Assembly: GCA_965224435.1 (NCBI GenBank)
Contig: OZ245048.1
Location: 3,914,282 to 3,978,281, forward strand
Source of the DNA: Acidimicrobiales bacterium
GTDB lineage: Bacteria > Actinomycetota > Acidimicrobiia > Acidimicrobiales > SZUA-35
Direction of reading: 5' to 3'
DNA: 64,000 nucleotides
Part shown: positions 37,300-46,199 of the stretch, one piece after another
Layout: each line of letters starts with the position of its first letter
How positions within the stretch are numbered: position 1 is the first letter of the stretch
Translations under genes and position numbers: made by a program
Notes under the pieces: generated by a model
The model's database searches: none
Seen by the model: the letters and a program-made list of their open reading frames with translations, nothing else
Told to the model about the DNA's origin: nothing

Positions 37300-38031
37300 C
37301 TATTTCCCCGCTTTCGCATCTTGGATAGCTCTGGCCGAAAGGACTTCGGCCAGGTGGGCTCGGTAGGAGCTGGTGCCTCGGAAGTCGCCGGGCGGATCGA
37401 GATTTGGTGGCGACGCCGAGTCAACTTCGACCGGGGTAGAAGCCACACCGGTAAGGGCAAGGCGGGTTCCCGAGTCGGTGGCACAAGCTACGGCGGCAAC
37501 AATGGGGACATCGGCCGGGGTTCGGCCGGTGGCGGCGATGGAACCCCGTCCACCTGGGTCAAGGGAGATGCTGACGATCAGTCCAGTGCGGTCTCCGGCC
37601 AGATAGTCACCAAGACTGAGATCGTCGGCTCCTTGGTGGATGGCCAGCCTGGCGTCATGTACAAGCAAGGCGGCCACCAGAAGGCTGTCGGGGTCGGCTG
37701 CGGCCACGGTGCCGCCAATGGTTGCCTGGTTTCGGAGGGCAGAGGGAAGCTCCCGTTTGGCTGCTTCACGGATGGTTGACGACAGGCGTTCATCGGTACT
37801 CATGTCTCCCAGGCGCACCATGGCTCCGAGTCGTACTCGAGATCCGTCGGCTTCGGTCGTGTCTAGGCCGAGTGCCTGCAGGTCGACTACTTCGACCCCT
37901 TCTGGATTGGTCTTGCGGGCTTGAGGAACCACGATGGTGCCTCCGGCTAGTGCTGTCCGGTTGGGCTGGGAAAGCAGTTCCGCTGCCTCATCAAGGTTGT
38001 TGGGCCGGTGATAGGCCAGGACGCTGGGCAC
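37300..38031 (-). CDS. ygfM: FAD-binding molybdopterin dehydrogenase subunit (YgfM/CoxM-like, short form)
   Basis: GTG start. ALAGGT, LRNQATIGGT and C-terminal FRGTSSYRAHL motifs of CO-dehydrogenase flavoprotein-like subunits. 243 aa. Confidence 0.7.
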   Translation of the reverse strand: MPSVLAYHRPNNLDEAAELLSQPNRTALAGGTIVVPQARKTNPEGVEVVDLQALGLDTTEADGSRVRLGAMVRLGDMSTDERLSSTIREAAKRELPSALRNQATIGGTVAAADPDSLLVAALLVHDARLAIHQGADDLSLGDYLAGDRTGLIVSISLDPGGRGSIAATGRTPADVPIVAAVACATDSGTRLALTGVASTPVEVDSASPPNLDPPGDFRGTSSYRAHLAEVLSARAIQDAKAGK

Positions 38032-38111
38032 GGTGAATCTCCGTCTGAAAATCTTGATCGATTGTTTGGTGAAAGTTACCAGAGTTTAGTTCTACTAGGC
38101 AGCCGGAATCA

Positions 38112-38693
38112 ATGTCAGAAGCCCTATTGACCTATGCTCTGGCCGTGACAGACATCCAGGTGGGCAGCGAACTGAGGCGACGACGCAATGAGCTGGGGCT
38201 GACGCTTCGACAAGTGGCCGATCAAACCGACCTGACCAGCGGATTCTTGTCCCAGGTTGAGAACGACCGAGTTTCGCCCTCACTCAAATCGCTGGGACGC
38301 ATCGCCGAAGTGTTGCATACTCCCCTCTTCCATCTACTCAGCGTCAGTGATGGAGACCCAGTCGTCCGAGCCGACGAACGTCCGACAGTCGCCTTCTCCA
38401 AAATGGGCGTGGACGTTCAGTTGCTCACCCCGTTTCGGGATTGGCAGATGCTGCCGTTCCAGCGCACGTTCGAGCCCGGTGAGGAATTCACCGCCGTTCG
38501 CTTGGAACGAGCGAGGGAAGAATGGATCATGATCCAGTCCGGCACCTTGGAAATCACCCTCGATCCCAACGAGGTTCATGTCTTGAAAGTAGGCGACACC
38601 ATCCACTTCGAAAGCAGTCGCTTGCTCAATATCAAGAACAGCGGCAAAAAGACCACCACCTACATCTGCATGATGACACCACCGGCTATCTAG
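38112..38693 (+). CDS. XRE family transcriptional regulator with C-terminal cupin domain
   Basis: HTH_3 region LRRRRNELGLTLRQVADQTDLTSGFLSQVEN. Cupin strands LEITLD...VGDTIHFES. Divergent from the hydroxylase operon across an 80-nt AT-rich spacer. Confidence 0.85.
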   Translation: MSEALLTYALAVTDIQVGSELRRRRNELGLTLRQVADQTDLTSGFLSQVENDRVSPSLKSLGRIAEVLHTPLFHLLSVSDGDPVVRADERPTVAFSKMGVDVQLLTPFRDWQMLPFQRTFEPGEEFTAVRLERAREEWIMIQSGTLEITLDPNEVHVLKVGDTIHFESSRLLNIKNSGKKTTTYICMMTPPAI

Positions 38694-38749
38694 AAGCCCT
38701 GCGACGTGCCCATCACTGATGGAGCAAAGACTCCCCAAAGCTCGACGAG

Positions 38750-39466
38750 CTACTCGGTTGGTGAGGCCGGTCCATAGATTGGGGGCTGGCCGGTGATGCC
38801 GGACCAGCGGCGGGTGCCGTGTTCGAAGTGCCACCACTCGCCAACGAAGACGACGAACCCGGCCCGCCGCATGGTCCAGTACAACAGTCGGCGGATCTCA
38901 CGATCGGGGCCAGGCTCATCCTCGATCGACAACGCAAAGGCCCGGGTGGTGATGTTGTCAAAGTCTGTACCGGGTGCAACAGCTACACCATCAAGGGTGA
39001 GGGTCAAGTCAACGGCACCACCACTCTCATGCGGTGCGGGTCGGGCTTCATCTTGTGAAGGTTCGGACATGAAGTCTGGCGGGAGGGCTGGGTCGGCAAT
39101 GGCGGTGTAATACAGCTCGGCCTGAAGTTCTCGTGGTCGCCAGCCGTCATAGACGGCAAATCCATAAGGCTCCGGCAAGGACTCAACTGCCTGATACAAC
39201 CGGGCAGCCACACTCTCCCGAAGCCAACACTGCGAGATGGCATGCTGCCAGCCGCCGAGCTCATAAAACGGGACAACATTGATCCGGGGGTGATCAACCA
39301 GAACCAGCATCTCATCAACGGGAGTATCAACCGTCAGCATGACTGGCTCCACCAGTTCAGGCAAGGCTGGTTGCTCCTCTAAAGTAATACCAGCATCGGC
39401 CAAGGCTTGAGCTGCTGGCGTACCAAGGCGGGGATAGCCAAGTTGTCGAAGATTGCTCTGATTCAT
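38750..39466 (-). CDS. D-alanyl-D-alanine dipeptidase family (VanX/DdpX, peptidase M15D)
   Basis: YDGWRPRELQ, HESGGAVDLTL and GEWWHFEH zinc/catalytic motifs. ATGA overlap with the upstream amidohydrolase gene. Confidence 0.8.
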   Translation of the reverse strand: MNQSNLRQLGYPRLGTPAAQALADAGITLEEQPALPELVEPVMLTVDTPVDEMLVLVDHPRINVVPFYELGGWQHAISQCWLRESVAARLYQAVESLPEPYGFAVYDGWRPRELQAELYYTAIADPALPPDFMSEPSQDEARPAPHESGGAVDLTLTLDGVAVAPGTDFDNITTRAFALSIEDEPGPDREIRRLLYWTMRRAGFVVFVGEWWHFEHGTRRWSGITGQPPIYGPASPTE

Positions 39467-41001
39467 CGGGTGAGACGAGACTCGACACCGGCTTTGCGGA
39501 ACAAGTGGCGAGCAGATTCGGTGGCCTCTTGTAGCAGTGCCTCTTCGTCGATCATGGTTAGATGTCGATCCTCAATGGTCAGCTTGCCGTCGACCATGAC
39601 ATGGGTGACATCGGCTGGGCTATTGCAGAACACCAGCGAGCTGACGGGGCGATGAACGGGAGAGGCAAATACCGTCTGCTGATCGACGATCACCAGATCA
39701 GCTTTTGCTCCAACTTCGAGCCGGCCAAGCTCGTCAGCAGTGCCAACCTCTTCGGGGGTCCCAAAGGCACGAGCCCCGCCGCGACACGCCATCTTGATCA
39801 CGTCTTCGGGCTGCAGGGCAACAGCATCCAGATGATGCACCTTTTGCAACAGCACCGTTGACTTCAACACCTCGAACATGTCTTGGCGGTTATTGCTACC
39901 AGGACCATCCGACGCCAAGGCAACGGTGATCCCTCGTTTCTTCATGTCCAGGATCCGAGCGACGCCTGAAGCCAGATACATGTTCGACACTGGACAGTGC
40001 ACCACGATGGAGCCGCTGTCGGCGATCATGTCCAGCTCGTCATCATCGAGCCAGACACTGTGGGCCAGCTGAAGGTCAGGACCAAGAGCACCCAGTGAGT
40101 CAAGCCAATGGATATGGCGAACCCCCCGTTCTTCCAAGCTCATGTCTACTTCGGTCTGGGTTTCGGCACAGTGAATGTGGGTTCCGACTCCCCATTCCCG
40201 AGCCTTGTCGATAGTGAGGCGCATGGCTTCATCTGAGCAGCCCCAAGGTATGAGGGGAGCTAGTTCGATGCGGACTCGGGGGTGGTCCTTCCATCGGTCA
40301 CGAAGTTGGGTGGCGCGCTCGATAACGACTTCGCCGGACTCACTCAGTTCGGGGTGATAGTTGCGGTCGGCCCAACCGCGGGCCAGCCGTAGACGGACGC
40401 CAAGCTCGTCGGCCGCTTCGCACACGGCTTGGTCGATCTGATCATCGATGTGAACGTACTGGTGGTCAACAACCGAGGTCGCACCGGTCCGCAGGTTCTC
40501 GGCCAAGCCAACCAGGGCAGCAAGCCGGGCACTGTCTCGATCGAGGTGAACGGCGCCGGGCCAAATGCACTGCTTGAGCCATTCCAACAGCGGCTTGTCG
40601 TCAGCCAAACCACGAAAGAAGGTCTGAAACAGATGCGTGTGGGCGTTGGTCATTCCTGGCATGACCAAGGATCCGGCAGCATCAATGGTTCGGTGGGCAG
40701 AACTGCGAACCAGATCGGGCGCCTGACCAGCGCCCAGGCCAACAATGCGATCACCAACAATGTGGATCCAGCCTGGATCATGAATCGTGAAATCGTCATC
40801 GACGGTGACAACAACGCCGTCCTCGATCAAGGTGCCGCCAGCAGTGACAGTGCCGCCAGCAGTGACAGTGCCGCCAGCAGTGACAGTGCCGCCAGCAGTG
40901 ACAGTGCCGCCAGCAGTGACAGTGCCGCCAGCAGTGACAGTGCCGCCAGCAGTGACAGCGCCGCCAGCAGTGACAGCGCCGCCAGCAGCAGCGTCGGTCA
41001 C
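39463..41001 (-). CDS. Amidohydrolase (COG0402; MTA/SAH-, guanine- or pterin-deaminase-like) with N-terminal (TAGGTV)n repeat
   Basis: [13 protein letters not shown] metal motif, HIHCAET and [12 protein letters not shown] 41001 overlaps the upstream LLM stop (GTGA). An alternative TTG start lies just after the repeat ([12 protein letters not shown]). Confidence 0.8.
   Translation of the reverse strand: MTDAAAGGAVTAGGAVTAGGTVTAGGTVTAGGTVTAGGTVTAGGTVTAGGTVTAGGTLIEDGVVVTVDDDFTIHDPGWIHIVGDRIVGLGAGQAPDLVRSSAHRTIDAAGSLVMPGMTNAHTHLFQTFFRGLADDKPLLEWLKQCIWPGAVHLDRDSARLAALVGLAENLRTGATSVVDHQYVHIDDQIDQAVCEAADELGVRLRLARGWADRNYHPELSESGEVVIERATQLRDRWKDHPRVRIELAPLIPWGCSDEAMRLTIDKAREWGVGTHIHCAETQTEVDMSLEERGVRHIHWLDSLGALGPDLQLAHSVWLDDDELDMIADSGSIVVHCPVSNMYLASGVARILDMKKRGITVALASDGPGSNNRQDMFEVLKSTVLLQKVHHLDAVALQPEDVIKMACRGGARAFGTPEEVGTADELGRLEVGAKADLVIVDQQTVFASPVHRPVSSLVFCNSPADVTHVMVDGKLTIEDRHLTMIDEEALLQEATESARHLFRKAGVESRLTR
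40831..40987. repeat. 18-bp tandem repeat, about 8.7 copies (6 identical, 2 with one T>C change, 1 partial)
   Basis: Plus strand GTGACAGTGCCGCCAGCA repeated from 40844. It encodes (TAGGTV)n on the minus strand. Confidence 0.95.
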
Positions 41002-42026
41002 GATGGATCCCAGTCAGCGAAGGCGTCGACCACTGGCTTCACATCGGGCATCATCGGGAACAAGATCGGGCAAGTCACACCCGCATCGATGAACTCCTCA
41101 ACCTTCTCTCGGCATTGAGCCGAAGTACCGACAGCCATGAGCTTGCGGACCAATTCTTCGGGAATGAGGTGGGCAGCCTTGCGGTAGTCGTCCTCGGTTG
41201 CAGGCCAGCCAACGACCTTCTTGACCCGCTCCACTAATTCTGGATCGGCACCAGATGCTTCCATGATGTGAGGCTCCGTGCCCAAGTAGTAGGCGGCCAA
41301 TGACTTGCCCGCCATCACTGCTTCATCCGGATCAGTGTCGGACAAGGAGCAGACCAGAAGCTCGGGCCGGTCGATGTCTTCAATCGTCTTGCCAACCTTG
41401 GCTGCACCAGCGGCAACCTTGTCGACGGCGCCGCGGATGTAGTCGGGAGAGACAACGTAATTCAGCACGACGCCGTCGGCGATTTCGCCGGTCAGCTCCA
41501 ACATCTTGGGGCCGGTGGCTCCGATGTACATCGGGATATCGCGAGGGCCAACCTCGCCGTAAGCGACATCGAGTCGGATGCGATCCAGCTGAACAAACTC
41601 ACCTTCGTAGGTGACCTCTTCCATGGTGAACAACTGCTGGATGGCCTCGATATTCTCGCGCATGGCCTTGAGGGGTTTGCGGCGATCGGCGCCAACCCGG
41701 CTAGCAATGGGTTCCCACCAAGCACCGAGGCCACACATGACCCGGCTCTCACCTTCAGGCGTCAGGCCACCCAGTTCCCACATCGTGCTCCAGGTTGCGG
41801 CAATCACCGCAGGGTTACGGGTGTAGATGGGAAGCACACCAGAACCGATTTTCATCTTGCTGGTTTTGGTCAGGAGTGCGCTCATCATGACAATGCAGTC
41901 GCGAGCCAGGCGAGTATCGGCCTGCCAGATTTCGGAGAAGCCTTTCTCCTCGGCGTACTGAGCAATCTCCAGCTCATACGCCATATTGTGCTTGTCTTGA
42001 AGATAGAGAGCCATGCGGTGTGCCAT
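40998..42026 (-). CDS. LLM class F420-dependent oxidoreductase (Mer-like)
   Basis: Luciferase-like TIM-barrel pattern: [36 protein letters not shown]. Confidence 0.75.
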   Translation of the reverse strand: MAHRMALYLQDKHNMAYELEIAQYAEEKGFSEIWQADTRLARDCIVMMSALLTKTSKMKIGSGVLPIYTRNPAVIAATWSTMWELGGLTPEGESRVMCGLGAWWEPIASRVGADRRKPLKAMRENIEAIQQLFTMEEVTYEGEFVQLDRIRLDVAYGEVGPRDIPMYIGATGPKMLELTGEIADGVVLNYVVSPDYIRGAVDKVAAGAAKVGKTIEDIDRPELLVCSLSDTDPDEAVMAGKSLAAYYLGTEPHIMEASGADPELVERVKKVVGWPATEDDYRKAAHLIPEELVRKLMAVGTSAQCREKVEEFIDAGVTCPILFPMMPDVKPVVDAFADWDPS

Positions 42027-42106
42027 GGCGCCACCCTAACGAACCCTGTTAGGTAATAGCGAATATTGCATGGCTCCACTGAACAAGACTAAAGTCTGGT
42101 TGGCTG

Positions 42107-42850
42107 ATGGCTACTGGACTACTCAACGATCGCCCCATCCTGGTCACTGGCGCGGCCCAAGGTATTGGGTGCTCCATTGCCAAACGACTTTGCCAAGAAG
42201 GCGCCAACATCATCATGTTGGACCAGGACCCAGAAGTGGCCAATTCGGCGGCCTCAATCAGCGAGGATTGCCAAAGCGTCGTTGTCGACCTCTGCGATGA
42301 GGAATCCACCAAGTCCGCTATTCGTGCCGCCGCAGACAAGATGGGCGGCTTGTGGGGGGTGGTCAACAATGCAGGCATCTTCGCCAAGACACCCTTGTTG
42401 GAGATGCCCATAGCCGAGTGGGACCGAATGATGGAGGTCAATGTTCGCAGCATGGTGCTCGTCATCCAAGCGGCCGCGCCATTCATGATCAAAGCCGGTG
42501 GTGGCCGGATCATCAATCAATCCTCAATGGCAGCCAAGCTTGGCACCCCAGGGGAAGGTCACTACGCCGCATCAAAAGCTGCCGTCGGTGCACTTACCCG
42601 CATCGCCGCCCAAGAACTTGGGCCACACAGCATCACCGCCAATTCCATCTGCCCCGGATACGTCCTAACCGACATGGGAGCTGAGACTCGCGACCAAGTA
42701 CAAGTGGCGGAGTGGACGGCGAAATCACCATTGGGTCGACTGGCCACACCTGATGATATTGCCAATGCCGTGGTCTTCTTGATGTCCGACCAGGCCTCCT
42801 ACATCACCGGTGAAGCGCTCAACGTCAGCGGCGGGATGTGCACCTCGTAG
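42107..42850 (+). CDS. SDR family oxidoreductase (FabG-like)
   Basis: LVTGAAQGIG, NNAG and YAASKAAV motifs. Confidence 0.9.
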   Translation: MATGLLNDRPILVTGAAQGIGCSIAKRLCQEGANIIMLDQDPEVANSAASISEDCQSVVVDLCDEESTKSAIRAAADKMGGLWGVVNNAGIFAKTPLLEMPIAEWDRMMEVNVRSMVLVIQAAAPFMIKAGGGRIINQSSMAAKLGTPGEGHYAASKAAVGALTRIAAQELGPHSITANSICPGYVLTDMGAETRDQVQVAEWTAKSPLGRLATPDDIANAVVFLMSDQASYITGEALNVSGGMCTS

Positions 42851-42942
42851 ACACCGGCCCTAGTCGCGTTAACAACCAGTCGCTGCTTGTATCCCGGAAC
42901 ACAACGCCACCTCTTTCAACTATGGACAGGCCAGCCCCCGGA

Positions 42943-44349
42943 CTACAACAGGACGTCGCTAAGTGAACGGGCAAGGAACCGGCCGTGTCCGGCACGCCCC
43001 TGATATGTCCGGTTCTCCAAAATCACCGAGCCGCGAGATAGCACGGTCCGAACCTGGCCGGTCACTTCCATGCCCTCCCACACCGAATGGTCCAAATTCA
43101 TATGATGGGTGGCGACTCCCAAGGTGTGCTGCACGGTCGGGTCATAAATAACGACGTCGGCGTCTGAACCGGGGGCAAGCACACCCTTGCGGGGATACAT
43201 CCCGAACAGTCGAGCGGGTGTGGTTGAACACGTATCGACCCAACGCGCCAGACTCAACTCGCCAGCAACGACCCCTTGGTAGATCAGATCCATGCGATGC
43301 TCCAGTGAGCCAAGGCCGTTTGGCGTCGGTCGGAAATCATCGACACCCAACCGCTTCTCCGCATCGCAGAATGGGCAATGGTCGGTGGACACCACGGCAA
43401 GATCGTTGACCCTCAAACCCTTCCACAAATGGTCATGGGTCGAAGCTGGTCGTAGAGGGGGCGAGCAAATATGTCGCAGTCCGGCCTGCCCGGTCTGGTC
43501 CAGATGTTCCTCGAACGACAGGTACAGGTACTGCGGACACGTCTCAGCAAAGACGTTCTGGCCAGCATCTCGGGCCCACGCCACCTGCTCCAGCGCCTCA
43601 ACCGAGGTCAGGTGCACAATGTACAGCGGAGCCTCTGCTACTTCAGCCAACGCACCGGCGCGATGAACGGCCTCGGCCTCCAGCCGAGCTGGCCTGGTCC
43701 GGCCGTGCCAGACCGGATCGATATCGCCACGTTTCACTGCTTGCTCTCGCAAGACATCAATGGCAATGCCGTTCTCGGCGTGCATCATTGACAAAGCACC
43801 CAGACCACCGGCTCGTTGCATGGCTTGCAACAGCTGCCCGTCGTCGGAGTAATAGGCGCCGGGGTAGGCCATGAAGAACTTGAAACTCGTGATGCCTTCT
43901 TCGACGACCGTCTTCATTTCACCTAGTGAAGTCTCGTTGATGTCACCCATCGAAAGATGGAAGCCATAGTCGATGGCGCACTGACCTTGAGCTTCGGCCA
44001 TGCGCTCCTCGATCACATCCCGAACTAGTGAACCTTGCATCTGCCCGGCGAAGTCAAGAACGGTCGTCGTTCCACCCCACGCCGCAGCCGCTGTTCCCGA
44101 TTCAAAGGAATCGCTGGAGGTCGCTTCCGGGCTCATCGGCAGCTGGAGATGGGTATGCACGTCGACTCCACCGGGCACGACGTAACAACCGCTTGCATCA
44201 ATGACCTTGGCTGATGACTCAGCTGCTGAGCGGGCCAAGTCCGAGGCAGGGTTTAGGACCGCGGCAATGGTTTCACCGTCGATGATCAGGTCAGCTGGGG
44301 TGGCCCCGGAAGAAGAAACGACTTGGCCGCCCCGGATCAGGATGCTCAT
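42943..44349 (-). CDS. Dihydropyrimidinase / D-hydantoinase
   Basis: Start at ATG 44349 (MSILIRGG) with GGAG upstream. GGVDVHTHLQLP. SFKFFMAYPG (carbamylated-Lys motif). VSTDHCPF. Confidence 0.85.
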   Translation of the reverse strand: MSILIRGGQVVSSSGATPADLIIDGETIAAVLNPASDLARSAAESSAKVIDASGCYVVPGGVDVHTHLQLPMSPEATSSDSFESGTAAAAWGGTTTVLDFAGQMQGSLVRDVIEERMAEAQGQCAIDYGFHLSMGDINETSLGEMKTVVEEGITSFKFFMAYPGAYYSDDGQLLQAMQRAGGLGALSMMHAENGIAIDVLREQAVKRGDIDPVWHGRTRPARLEAEAVHRAGALAEVAEAPLYIVHLTSVEALEQVAWARDAGQNVFAETCPQYLYLSFEEHLDQTGQAGLRHICSPPLRPASTHDHLWKGLRVNDLAVVSTDHCPFCDAEKRLGVDDFRPTPNGLGSLEHRMDLIYQGVVAGELSLARWVDTCSTTPARLFGMYPRKGVLAPGSDADVVIYDPTVQHTLGVATHHMNLDHSVWEGMEVTGQVRTVLSRGSVILENRTYQGRAGHGRFLARSLSDVLL

Positions 44350-44371
44350 TGTTGCTCCGTTTGCTCGGGCT

Positions 44372-44794
44372 CTAGATCGGGGGCTGGGACTGGGCACTGG
44401 CAAGACGATTGGCCACGGTCTGAAGCAGCTTCCAGCCCAAGCCCGGAACCGTGTCCAGAGCTTTCTGTAGGGAGTCCTGGTCCAGAACCAGCAACTCAAG
44501 TGACGTCTTAGCTGTCACCGTTGCACTACGAGGCTCCCCTAAAATGACACCAAGTTCACCGAGCGCCTCACCCCGCTCGATCACCCCAACTTTCAGTCCA
44601 CCGCGAGTCACCTCAGCTGATCCAGCCAACACTACATAAAGGTTCGGCGATGGTGAACCTTCAGTGATCACGACATGACCAGCATCGATCTGTTCCACCC
44701 TGGATGCCTTTGCCAAACTGGTCACATCCCGCTTGCTGCAGCCATCGAAGAGGGACACGTTCAAGAGCTGTTCAGCTCGCATGTGATAGGTCAT
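44372..44794 (-). CDS. Stand-alone cyclic-nucleotide-binding (cNMP) domain protein
   Basis: LFDGCSKRDV...GEALGELGVILGEPRSATVTA matches the CAP-family phosphate-binding cassette. 140 aa, no HTH. Confidence 0.7.
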   Translation of the reverse strand: MTYHMRAEQLLNVSLFDGCSKRDVTSLAKASRVEQIDAGHVVITEGSPSPNLYVVLAGSAEVTRGGLKVGVIERGEALGELGVILGEPRSATVTAKTSLELLVLDQDSLQKALDTVPGLGWKLLQTVANRLASAQSQPPI

Positions 44795-44803
44795 CCTGCG
44801 ATA

Positions 44804-46042
44804 TTACTCACCGGTGAGCATCCACAACTCAGTTGGCCCGCGGAACTCAAAACCAGAGACCACCATCGGCCGTTCCGGGTCGAGCGTCAGCGAAGGGAAT
44901 CGGGCCAGAAGTTGCTCGACTCCTTGGCGAACCACCTGGCGGCCGAGCCATTCGCCCAGGCAGCGATGGGCACCTAGGGCAAAAGCGGCGTGAGGGCCTT
45001 GCCGTCGGTCCAGATCGATTTCCATCGGGTTGTCCCAGTGCGACTCATCATGGTTAATGGACCGAAGCACGCCGGACACCAGCGCGCCCTTGGGAATGGC
45101 CACCCCAGCCAGTTCGACGTCCTGGGTCGCCTGGCGGGTCACCGTTCCGACCGGACAATGAAGCCGAAGCACCTCTTCAACCAGACGCCCCATCTTCTGG
45201 GGCTCGGCCTTAATTCGTTCTCGCAGATCGGGACGATCCAGCAAGGTGAAGGCAACCAGGCCGATTCCCTCGCAAGGTTCGTTGATGCCACCCGAGATCA
45301 TGAGGCGAATATTGTTGATGATCTCATCGGACGTTGCTCCACCAAGGATGAAGGCGTCGATGGCACTCTGGCCAGGTTCACCCGGACCGCCCTCGCCATT
45401 GGCAGCAGCTGCGCTGGCCCGACTCTGAGCCAGGAACGGTTCCAAGGCTTCGCTTATCTCGGCCTTGGTCTTGTCGCCAACGGCCTTCAGTTCGGGGTCA
45501 TCTTCAAAGTTTGAGATATCGGCAACGAGGCCACAGCACCAGTCCCACATCTGATCAAAGCTGTGGTGGTCAAGCCCAAGCACCTTGGCCAGCGAACCAG
45601 CGGCCAAGGATTGGGCATAGCGGTCGATGAGGTCAAAACTGGTATCACCGGACTCGGAGATCGTGTCCAGAATCCCATCAGCCATCTTTCGTAGCTCACC
45701 CTTGGCGAACTCTCCACTTCTTCCACCGGCCTTGAACGAGGGCAACATGATCGAGCGGATCCGGTCCAACTTGGGAGGGTCGAGAGTGAGCATGCTCTCC
45801 CCCAACGTGCGAGCCAAGAAAGACGGTTCCGTAGCCGCGGTGAATAGCTCGGGATGATCCTCGACATAGGCGACGTCATCCCACTTGGTGACGAAGTACA
45901 TCTGCACTGAAGGCACCCAGCACACCGGTTCTTCAGCTCGCATCTTCGCCAGATATGGATCGGGATGGTCATTCAATTGGGCGAGGGTGAGATTGTCTCC
46001 GAGCATGGAGGGATAGTAGCGACCTGGCTCACTCTGGGCCAT
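44804..46042 (-). CDS. Cytochrome P450
   Basis: ExxR (EEVLRL) and heme-thiolate loop FALGAHRCLG. Confidence 0.9.
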   Translation of the reverse strand: MAQSEPGRYYPSMLGDNLTLAQLNDHPDPYLAKMRAEEPVCWVPSVQMYFVTKWDDVAYVEDHPELFTAATEPSFLARTLGESMLTLDPPKLDRIRSIMLPSFKAGGRSGEFAKGELRKMADGILDTISESGDTSFDLIDRYAQSLAAGSLAKVLGLDHHSFDQMWDWCCGLVADISNFEDDPELKAVGDKTKAEISEALEPFLAQSRASAAAANGEGGPGEPGQSAIDAFILGGATSDEIINNIRLMISGGINEPCEGIGLVAFTLLDRPDLRERIKAEPQKMGRLVEEVLRLHCPVGTVTRQATQDVELAGVAIPKGALVSGVLRSINHDESHWDNPMEIDLDRRQGPHAAFALGAHRCLGEWLGRQVVRQGVEQLLARFPSLTLDPERPMVVSGFEFRGPTELWMLTGE

Positions 46043-46199
46043 TTGAGTTGGGTTACTTCGGCCGCGTTGTTACCGCGGAGTAGCGGAGCGACGATCGGCC
46101 ACTAGCCTTACAACGTCAACCTGTCAGATGCGAAGGCCTCCGACACCGTTCCTCCCGGAACACTGTTTCATTAAAGACTGTTTGTTTGAAGGTTATGAA

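Noticed and set aside
38032-38111. Possible Moco riboswitch or other leader RNA upstream of the Mo-hydroxylase operon.
   Set aside because: The spacer is only 80 nt and AT-rich, and it is shared with the divergent XRE-cupin gene. That is too short for a Moco RNA motif. It is more likely a pair of promoters plus an operator (only an ATCGAT core palindrome is visible).
40429-41118. Plus-strand 229-aa ORF that reads the 18-bp repeat as (AASSDS)n.
   Set aside because: It lies antisense to an amidohydrolase and an LLM gene with clear motifs and a GTGA coupling. It has no independent start context or recognisable domain.
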